This document shows positions 57,001-64,000 of a stretch of DNA of 64,000 nt, piece by piece. The translations under genes were made by a program, and so were the position numbers. The stretch lies in the NCBI GenBank assembly GCA_047967505.1, contig CM106538.1. One strand, 5' to 3'. The DNA is from Dipteris shenzhenensis. Lineage: Eukaryota. The notes under the pieces are model-generated. The model saw nothing but the letters and a program-made list of their open reading frames with translations. It did not search any database and was not told the origin of the DNA. Each line of letters starts with the position of its first letter. The first letter of the stretch is position 1.

Positions 57001-60000
57001 CAACGTGCCGTGACCGAAAACTATCTGAGCTAACTGCTCGCACACGGAGGTATAGACCCCCCCGCTCCTCCCCTGTGCGCCGATCGAAGGCTCCCAATAA
57101 GTGTAGGAGCGTCCAGGGAGAACCTTCCCGCAGCTGCGGGCATGAGCCGCAGAAAGCTTGTGCTCCTGGAGCAGCAGTACATCCAATCGACCAATCACTG
57201 CAGGCTGAAGTTCCTGACGCAAAATGAGCTTCCTGGGACCACGGGTGCTCGAAGAGTGAAACCCGTTCACATTCCAGGATACGAGGTGTAGGCTCATGGA
57301 GAGGGATGGGGGGCTGCGAACAGCTGTCTGCTCGCAGTCGAAGTCGAAGAAGAATCAGACATATCGGAGTGGAGGCGCTGCCGCTTGTGAGAAGGTTTGG
57401 AGGGGGAGACGGGGTCGTCCTGCCCGTTCTTCAACACCTTCAGCAATGGCGAGAGGCCTCTAGTGCCATGAGCAAATGCTTTCTCGAGCCAGCTCGAGAT
57501 CTCTGAAGTGGTCATCCCGTAGAAGGTTCGGAGTTTCTGTTGGGACCAAGCTCTGACATCCTGGGGAAGAGGCCATGCCAGGGGGGGTCTGAGGATCACG
57601 ATCAATCGGAAACGTTTGGCAGCGCAACGCCACCGCAAGCGCACATCGCCCTCGGACCACTGAGTCTCGAGGAGCTGCCCACCGGACGGGCCTATCCAGG
57701 AGCAAATCTGGGCGTGTGTCTGCTCTCTGAGAGCCTCCCACACCGAGTCGTCTGTCCAGGTCTCGGTGCCATCGCTGAGGAACGTGAAGGCGAAGCTAGG
57801 GCCATCCCTGGGAGCCAAGGCAGCAAGCTTCCCATCCGCCCCTTTGCGGAGCATGAAGATACTAATGTCGAGACAAGCCGGGAAGGTCCCAAGGTCGGCC
57901 ACATCCAGGTAGTCCCAGGGGCCAGATCTGTAAAAGTCTCGAGGGAGCTCTCTCTCCTGGAGCTGAGACCCAGCTGAGTCTGCCACTGAGGGGCTAGCGG
58001 GAAGGGAAACCTGCTCCACTGGTGGTACAGACTCCGGGTGTCTTACAAGCGGGGGGGGAGGGGGAGGAGGCTGCGGGATAGGCGACTCGGGCTCCACGGA
58101 GGCGACTGGCGGAGAAGGTGGAGGAGGTGGAACGGAGGCTGCACTCGGCTGGGAAGGCGACGGTGCAGCTAACTCTGTAGGAGGGGCGAGGGGAGCAGGG
58201 GGGGGAGGGGGATGGGGATGCATCTGGAACTGGGGCTGAGGGGGAGGGGGAGGGGGAGGGGACTGAGGGAAAGGAGGCGGGGGCTGAAACTGCGGGGCGG
58301 GCGAAGGGGGGGGGGGAAACTGGGGAGAAGGCGGGGGGGTGGGAGAGAGGAGGATCTGAGGCTGTGGAGGGCGGGCTGCCGTCAAAGAAGAAGCTCTCCC
58401 AGGTCCCTGGGGCATCTGCCTGTCAGGTCTCTGGAGTACTGCTGCAGGAAGGGTGACCTCTGCCTCCTTGCCTTTATCCGAAATCTTCTTATTCTTTCCT
58501 CTTTTCCTTCGAACCTCGGTCCAACCGCCCACTACCTCTGGCCCAGGCTCCGACTGCCTCGGCTCCTCCTGACGTGGCTGTCCGGGGGGGGGAGGTGGGG
58601 GCGGAGGGGGCGGGGGCGGGGAGGGTCGAGACGAGCTGGCAAAGCGTGGACAAGCAGCCGCCAAGTGCCCAAAGCCATGGCACCGCAGGCACTGACCTGG
58701 CTGTCCGGTGACTATCATGCTCTGGGTGATACTGCCGGCACCTGTCACGATCTCGATCACTGCAGGGAGAGTCGCAGGATCCGCCACAGCCACACGGACT
58801 CGGGGAGCTCCTGCCGTGGTCACCGCGTCGGCAAAGGTGTCGTGCATAACCCAGCCAAAATGGGAGCCCAAGTCCCTGACAATCGGCCGCAGCTCAGTAG
58901 CAAGCCCTGGAAAAACTAGTGTCACTGGGTGGCGAGGTATACGGAACCGAGTATCGAAATCCGCTGCGCTGAAACCACGGTACCACGGGACTATCATGAT
59001 GATCTTCCCATCCACCGATGTGGGGGAACTGGCAATCAGATTGCTCGCAGCTTTCTCACTGGAGAGTTTGAGCCAGAAGATGCCCCTTCCCATAAGGGCC
59101 ACCTCCTCAATGTGGCCATCCTCTAGCAAGAGAGTGGACTGGAGCCAGTCCCTGATGGTAGACCTGGAGGGGGAGTGTCCAATGACTCTACCGTAAACAG
59201 AGGTACGAGCAAAGTCACTGGCTACCGCCTGAACACGGGATGATTGTTGCTCTGTCAGGATAACGCGGTAGGCATCTGGAGAGGGAGGGTCCGACTGGGC
59301 CTCCGGATCCGGGCTGGGGGCCGCCATACCGCCAAGACTAACTGCAAGCTTCCGATGAAGAAAAACAGGCTGCCACCCAAGAAGGGGATGAAGCGGCGGT
59401 GGAGCCTGGAGGTGAGGCGGGCGAGGCGAAATGAAGGGTCGGAGGGGTCGAAGCGGAGGGCGGGGCGAAGGCTGCGGGATGCGGGGAGTACGGAAGGGGG
59501 CGAGAGGGCGGGGGGGGGGTGAAGTTGGAATGGCGGGGGTGGAGGGGTGAAGCGGGGGGGCGAGGGGAGCGGAATGAGGCGGAGGCGGGTGAAGCGAGGG
59601 GGTGAAGGAGCAGCGAGGGGGCGGGTTGGAGCGGGGTGGATGGCGAGGGAGCAGCGAGGGGCGGAATGGAGCGGAGGCGGGGCGAGGGCGAGGCGGGCTT
59701 AAAAAAAAAAAAAAAAAAAGGACGAGGCGAGGCGAGGCGGGATGGAGCGGAGGGGGCGGTTGGAGCGGCGGCGAGGGGGGGTTGGAGCGGGGGCGAGGGG
59801 CGGGTTGGAGCGAGGGGGCGGGATGGAGCGGAGGTAAGGGGGCGGGATGGAGCGAGGGGGCGGGTTGGAGCGAGGGGGCGAGGGACGAGGGGCGGGTTGG
59901 AGCGAGGGGCGGGTTGGAGCGAGGGGGCGGGTTGGAGCGAGGGGGCGGGTTGGAGCGAGGGGGCGAGGGGCGGGTTGGAGCGAGAGGGCGGGATGGAGCG

Positions 60001-63000
60001 GAGGCAAGGGGGCGGGATGGAGCGAGGGGGCGGGATGGAGCGAGGGGGCGGGATGGAGCGAGGGGCGGCTGGAGCGGAGGTGAGGCGAGGGGTAGCGGGG
60101 TGCCGGCGGGGGGGGAGGAGAGGGGACGGGGGTCGAGGGCGGACGGGAGGGGTGGAGGTGGTCGCGGCGAGGGGGGGGGGGGGAGCGAGGGGGGAGGTAG
60201 GGGCTAACGGCGAGGGGGGGAGGGGAAGCTCGCAGGAGCTCTAACGAGACACAGAAAGTTTACGCGAGCCATTGCATCAACCAATCTCAGACATGATGAT
60301 GGCTTGCCACCATTTGCAGGTGCATTGTTTCCAGGCAGGGGACAGGCTCCCTAGGTCTGCCTATGTGCTGCGTGGAAGCTCTTGGAGGCGCCTAGGGTTG
60401 TGGGTCCTCTGCTGCGCACTATGGAGGGCAGTGTGGGGGTCTGTTGAGTTGGCCTATGGGTAGGGCGGGCCAGTCCCTTTAGGGCTGTATGGAGCAGCAT
60501 GTCCATCAGTGAAGCACAGGATTTCGTCTGCCTACTACCCTTTGTGCAACGGTCTTGCAGAATAGACTAATGGAACACTGTGTGAAGTTATTGCTAAGAT
60601 GATCTAGAGGACCAGATCTGAATGGGAAAAGTGGCTGCTTTGTGGGCCTATTGTATTACATATAAGGTGGCTACAAGGTACTCTCCATTTCACTTGGTGT
60701 ATGGGACAGAAGCAGTTTTGCCAATTGAAAGGTTGCATGAGCAAAGGCGAGAGGCGCTTATGGCCAATGAAGTGTCTCAAAGGGCTATGAAAGCGAGAAT
60801 GGATAACAGAAGGAGATCTAGTTCTGAAATATGATAGTAGACTGGACCATCATTTAGACAAGAAGTTTTTAGTCAGATGGGAAGGCCCATTTGTTATCTT
60901 AAAAGCTTATGCAAATGGATCTTATGATCTGAGGGAGCTTGGCTAGCAGATGCCTATCGAACGGGTCAATGGATTTAGCTTGAAGTTCAAAGAAAGATAA
61001 GATGTATGATTTTTGCTGCTGATTTACAACTGGTTGCAGCGTTTATGTACCATCATTATTGGCATCATCATCGGACTTGGATGAGCTGTCCACTGCTTTA
61101 GAAGATTGTGGCATACTGTTTGTTCGGAAACGATTCATTCTCTTAAAAAAGGACATCTTGCTCTTTAGGTGCTTCTGCCCAAAATACATTTGGCACATTT
61201 ATATCCTTGAGCATGCATCTGGCAGATGCAATAAGATGATGATTTTTCCTCCCAAACTAGGCACCAAGGCTTTGCTACGTGGGTTGCTTGGATCTGCGTG
61301 TCGCACAAGGAAAACCCAAAAACACCAAAAAGTTGAAGAAAAGGCTACCTTCCCTCTCGTGCTTCAGTCCGAGCATTGAACATGCTACCCCGTTATGACA
61401 CCCGTTATAGCCTATGGGAAATTTTCCTAAGAAGTCCTTCCCTGGGATGCTCCAAAATCCAACCTCTTGGGCATGATTTTCCACAACAGAACACTTCCAA
61501 CTGCCTGTTGTGACGATTTCTTCCTGTTCGGCCATCTGCTCTGCCGGCAGTTGCAAAGCAGCACTTTCTGTTGCATGCAGTCGCGTTTTCAAGCTCGGTC
61601 CCCACTTCTGGTTTTCCCAGTTGGGTTCTGGCCTGCAGTTGCTTCCTTAGGCAATTGCGGCCTTCCTTGCCGCCGCCGCTATGTGCGGGCCTTCCTTGCT
61701 GTGTCATCCTGCCTGCTCATGCCTTGGTGCTGCAAGTCTACGAAACTGTTTGTTGGCTTGTTCTTCTCTGCTGTGGCAGGTTACCCTGGTTATTTGACCA
61801 GTCTCATTGCCGGAGAGCTTTCTTTCCAGCTTCCTCCCTCTTAATGCATGCCTCTCTCACACCCTTCATGCAAGACTGCCTCAAGCTTTGAAGATTCATA
61901 GTTGCAAGTGGAAGGTGTGCTCTGATACCAAATATGAAAGCAAGGAGTGGGAGGAAGCTCAAAGCAATAGATTCAACAACACACGCAAAAGTGTGAAAGT
62001 ACAACATAAGTATGAAACCCTGGAACTAACCCTAATGATTTGGCACCTAAAATCTAGGAGACCTCACCAGTTCATAGAGCATATGTGGTTGAGGTGCTTA
62101 ACTGAATACGTAAGAAAAATATGATTAGGGCCTAGTGAGATATGGACGGTAAAGTACACACGGTCCTGCATGCCATTATAACCATTAGGATTTTATCCTA
62201 CAAAGCAACATATTAGGTGTGAATGAGCTCACAGCCTGTTGCCTACGTGATTTTATGATAAAAGAACTGTATTTTTATGCTCGAGATGTCAGAGTCTCTT
62301 CCTGTCTCATGCAGACATTTGATAGATTACTTTTTTTTGACAAATGGTGTGGCCTGATACAATGTATCTAATACGAAGTTGTATCATTTCCTGACAGATG
62401 CTGGTGCAGAGCTCGTTTACTTTTCACCGCTGAAGGATTCCCTACCCTCTAGTCTTGATGCTATTTTCTTTGGAGGTGGCTACCTTGGCCTTTATCTGGA
62501 CCGCCTATCAGCCAACAAGCAGCTTTTGTATGCTGTCCGTGCATTTGCCGATGCTGGAGGTATCGTGTATGGTGAATCAGGTGGTCTGATGTACCTATCA
62601 CAAGGAGTTGAGGTGCTTTGATGGGCTATATACCTCTTTTCTTTGTTATGCATGCTTACATAAAATACCGACCAAATGGAATTAGGATCTTTTCTCCATT
62701 AACGTTGTCCGTCGATTGACTTGTATTGCAGCTGTGTGGGGAATTCTTTGAGCAATGAAGCAATCCTATCTTCTGTCTGTAAACAGGGTCAAGATATGCA
62801 GTCATTTCCAATGTCAGGGGTCTTCCCATTTTGGACTCGATTTGGAGAATCAATAAGAACTGGTTATGTGAAGGTATTGGTTGTTTTGAGGTGCTGGCGT
62901 CTAAATTATTTTAGATCTTCATTTATCCTAATACTGCGAAAGTTATTATGTGCTATATGGTTTCTGTTTGGCATTGCATCTGTTGATCTCATGCTTCTGT

Positions 63001-64000
63001 GCATTTTCCATATTTTTTCTCGTCTTGTGATCTCATTTTCCTTATGACAATGGAAACAGGTGACGCCTCGAGATAATTGCGTGATTTTCCCAGCTGAAAT
63101 AGGAGAGATTCGAGGCTTTATGTACTCTTCTAGTGAGATTTTCTTCCCAGATGGAACTTCTATTGACACATGCTGCAAAGGGTAATGTAATACCAAGAAT
63201 TGCACAGCCGGATTGTATTTTATTATTTTGCAAACAGCATTAAGACATCATGATGGTCAATTATTTACTAATCCTGCAGAGTGTCCTTCTAGCCTTGCAT
63301 GTACTCTCTGATTATTGTCAGGAAAGTTGAGCATATCATTATATAAACAGTGGACCATGCTGTTGGTTAAGAGAGAGTCATCTTGGCTTTCAATGTTTTG
63401 TACAATACCTTAGGGCATTCAGCAGGCTGAATTTTCTGTATACGTGGTCAGGTTCATTATAAATACTGATCAAGGCAGAGCACATATGGAATGGGAGGGA
63501 TACATGCAAGGGAATGCTATGAGCAGTTTGGTGCATCTTCACTTTGGTAGCAATCCAAGCGTGGCATATGCTTTGGTGGAGCGTTGTAGGTTGGTTGCCT
63601 CTTTAAGCTAGCACTTCTGGAACTTATGGGACATGATTACTTGCCGATGCTGCATGGTAATAATGATCTATGCTTGAGAGAGAAAGTGCTTGTTTTTATC
63701 TTTTCTCAGTTGGAATAAGCAAATGGATACATTGGTGGATGCAGGATGGATCGGACAAAAGCAGCAGCTGTTGCTGCGGCTTCAGCATCAGCTGTGGCTG
63801 GAGCAGGCCCTGCAGCTGCTGCTGCGGCAGGTGCTGCAGCTGCTGAAGCTGTTGCTGCTGCCTTGGGTGAGTGTGGAGAAATTGTGCCATATTCCAGCAT
63901 AGGCATGGCTTTCAATATGAAGGATCTTCCATATCAGACTATCAATAGAATGGGCAGTACTCGTCTCACCTTACCTTTCAAGCAAGGAGACGACTGGAAA
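30240..64000 (+). CDS. cbiA: Intron-containing cobyrinate a,c-diamide synthase-like (CbiA/CobB family) protein, 3'-partial; exons 30240-30360, 30447-30522, 40397-40652, 40877-41252, 62398-62612, 62787-62873, 63060-63181, 63452-63589, 63745->64000
   Basis: Spliced translation gives collinear CbiA/CobB motifs: [17 protein letters not shown] (deviant Walker A), [109 protein letters not shown]. All introns are GT-AG with matching phases and there are no in-frame stops (about 549 codons in window). Confidence 0.9.
30447..30522 (+). CDS. cbiA: CbiA-like exon 2
   Basis: ttgcag| (D)[24 protein letters not shown](R) |gtaac; too short for the ORF track. Confidence 0.9.
32504..34041 (-). mobile_element. 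Ty3/Gypsy (Tf2/chromovirus-like) gag-pol fragment in intron 2
   Basis: Clean RT core ([45 protein letters not shown]); gag start MVQTRAQ; in-frame TGA at 33209-33211; capsid, protease, RNase H and integrase missing. Confidence 0.9.
34050..37731 (+). mobile_element. hAT DNA transposon, apparently complete (3682 bp)
   Basis: 8-bp TSD GTTGCGAG at 34042-34049 and 37732-37739; termini CATAGTTGC...GTAACTATG; subterminal AAACGG/CCGTTT arrays. Confidence 0.95.
34604..37172 (+). CDS. hAT transposase, 752 aa spliced (34604-36063, 36237-36552, 36690-37172)
   Basis: BED finger (WRCNYC...HLAG...C), CDGW and VTDNGSN (D, D), CASHC, WWEKYG, CERNWS (E) and dimerization domain; GT-AG introns in phase; no stops. 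Confidence 0.9.
38846..39256 (-). mobile_element. LTR (about 38859-39256, TG...CA) with adjacent tRNA-iMet PBS
   Basis: Minus strand reads TGATAAATGG...TTTTTACA g TGGTATCAGAGC; PBS at 38846-38857. Confidence 0.7.
39290..39930 (-). mobile_element. Ty1/Copia RT remnant
   Basis: [26 protein letters not shown]...[13 protein letters not shown]. Confidence 0.8.
40397..40652 (+). CDS. cbiA: CbiA-like exon 3
   Basis: tggcag| [28 protein letters not shown]...AGVILNK |gtaag. Confidence 0.9.
40877..41252 (+). CDS. cbiA: CbiA-like exon 4
   Basis: ttgcag| VSGPSH...[22 protein letters not shown] |gtaat. Confidence 0.9.
42236..44997 (-). pseudogene. hAT transposase pseudogene (spliced, frameshifted)
   Basis: BED finger [34 protein letters not shown]; frameshifts near 43500 (MEG/ATLGLL) and near 43190. 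Confidence 0.85.
45329..48380 (-). mobile_element. RTE/RTEX-like LINE, 5'-truncated, inside the second hAT
   Basis: [61 protein letters not shown]; 3' end with AATAAA and (TTTC)n tail on minus strand. Confidence 0.9.
50400..52774 (-). mobile_element. LTR-like non-coding sequence with PPT at 52763-52774
   Basis: Minus strand GGGGGGGAGAAA followed by TGTCAC (PPT then LTR start); ccgtacagc subrepeats; boundaries uncertain. Confidence 0.5.
51418..52124. repeat. 148-bp near-identical direct repeat (51418-51565 and 51977-52124)
   Basis: One mismatch seen (ttagagga vs ttagggga); period 559 bp. Confidence 0.9.
52907..57297 (-). CDS. L1 ORF2 (APE endonuclease, RT, zinc-binding domain) with one frameshift near 53430
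   Basis: [67 protein letters not shown]...[10 protein letters not shown]; continues in the 52907-53464 frame (WHIWTSRC). Confidence 0.9.
57294..59327 (-). CDS. L1 ORF1 protein (RRM/DUF4283-like region, CCHC knuckle, Pro-rich linker), 677 aa
   Basis: Open frame; [14 protein letters not shown] knuckle; immediately upstream of ORF2. Confidence 0.85.
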   Translation of the reverse strand: MAAPSPDPEAQSDPPSPDAYRVILTEQQSSRVQAVASDFARTSVYGRVIGHSPSRSTIRDWLQSTLLLEDGHIEEVALMGRGIFWLKLSSEKAASNLIASSPTSVDGKIIMIVPWYRGFSAADFDTRFRIPRHPVTLVFPGLATELRPIVRDLGSHFGWVMHDTFADAVTTAGAPRVRVAVADPATLPAVIEIVTGAGSITQSMIVTGQPGQCLRCHGFGHLAAACPRFASSSRPSPPPPPPPPPPPPGQPRQEEPRQSEPGPEVVGGWTEVRRKRGKNKKISDKGKEAEVTLPAAVLQRPDRQMPQGPGRASSLTAARPPQPQILLSPTPPPSPQFPPPPSPAPQFQPPPPFPQSPPPPPPPQPQFQMHPHPPPPPAPLAPPTELAAPSPSQPSAASVPPPPPSPPVASVEPESPIPQPPPPPPPLVRHPESVPPVEQVSLPASPSVADSAGSQLQERELPRDFYRSGPWDYLDVADLGTFPACLDISIFMLRKGADGKLAALAPRDGPSFAFTFLSDGTETWTDDSVWEALREQTHAQICSWIGPSGGQLLETQWSEGDVRLRWRCAAKRFRLIVILRPPLAWPLPQDVRAWSQQKLRTFYGMTTSEISSWLEKAFAHGTRGLSPLLKVLKNGQDDPVSPSKPSHKRQRLHSDMSDSSSTSTASRQLFAAPHPSP
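59620..60075. repeat. GC-rich tandem repeat array (about 18-bp unit) in the L1 5' UTR
   Basis: Unit ggcggg(t/a)tggagcgaggg repeated more than ten times; A19 run at 59701-59719. Confidence 0.85.
60500..60990 (+). mobile_element. Gypsy integrase remnant
   Basis: [50 protein letters not shown]. Confidence 0.8.
61919..62202 (-). mobile_element. Short LTR (about 61935-62202) with tRNA-iMet PBS
   Basis: Minus strand TGTAGG...CTTTCA tatt TGGTATCAGAGC; PBS at 61919-61930. Confidence 0.65.
62398..62612 (+). CDS. cbiA: CbiA-like exon 5 (glutamine amidotransferase-like domain)
   Basis: gacag| (D)[13 protein letters not shown]...GGGYLG...[16 protein letters not shown] |gtgct. Confidence 0.9.
62787..62873 (+). 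CDS. cbiA: CbiA-like exon 6
   Basis: aaacag| [29 protein letters not shown] |gtatt; matches the xPMxGxxP...GY segment of CbiA. Confidence 0.85.
63060..63181 (+). CDS. cbiA: CbiA-like exon 7
   Basis: aaacag| [40 protein letters not shown](G) |gtaat. Confidence 0.75.
63452..63589 (+). CDS. cbiA: CbiA-like exon 8
   Basis: gtcag| [45 protein letters not shown](R) |gttggt; EGY...HLHF.SNP is the CbiA C-terminal motif. Confidence 0.8.
63745..64000 (+). CDS. CbiA-like exon 9 (Ala-rich linker, continues past window)
   Basis: tgcag| [85 protein letters not shown]; phase-compatible, open to window end, GCN codons vary at third position. Confidence 0.6.

Larger units (their letters stand above)
52775..60270 (-). 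mobile_element. Young near-intact L1-clade LINE (about 7.5 kb)
   Basis: Poly(A) tail (T14 at 52775-52788), ORF1 and ORF2 overlapping by ATGA, GC-rich tandem-repeat 5' UTR; 5' boundary approximate, no TSD found. Confidence 0.95.

Noticed and set aside
59602-60244. Gly/Arg-rich 200-aa ORFs and CRISPR-like periodicity
   Set aside because: Tandem repeat of the L1 5' UTR with no unique spacers
63350-63364. Possible 15-nt microexon between exons 7 and 8
   Set aside because: Phase-compatible AG/GT exists, but the model works without it and there is no homology support
63690-63915. Gln/Leu-rich and antisense Ala-rich ORFs
   Set aside because: Alternative frames of the GCN-rich linker exon
30240-64000. 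Bacterial contamination as the source of the cbiA-like sequence
   Set aside because: Eight spliceosomal introns and interleaved plant TEs

Overview
Eukaryotic nuclear DNA, almost certainly a land plant. A seed-free lineage such as a fern, lycophyte or bryophyte is inferred from the TE families, tRNA-iMet primer-binding sites and TE-filled introns. Bases 1-29,200 are a graveyard of degenerate Ty3/Gypsy, Ty1/Copia, L1 and RTE/RTEX-like elements plus microsatellites. One host gene was found. It is a + strand, spliceosomal-intron-containing homologue of bacterial cobyrinate a,c-diamide synthase (CbiA/CobB), starting at 30240 and running off the window end, with 9 exons reconstructed by hand using phase-consistent GT-AG introns. 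Its ATPase/synthetase motifs are intact, but the glutaminase nucleophile motif reads GESGG instead of xECGG, and an Ala-rich linker leads into further C-terminal sequence. Two giant introns (9.9 kb and 21.1 kb) hold an apparently intact hAT transposon with an 8-bp TSD, a nested RTE>hAT>RTE stack, a near-intact GC-rich L1 and LTR-element fragments. Family assignments are from motif recognition only; no database searches were run.
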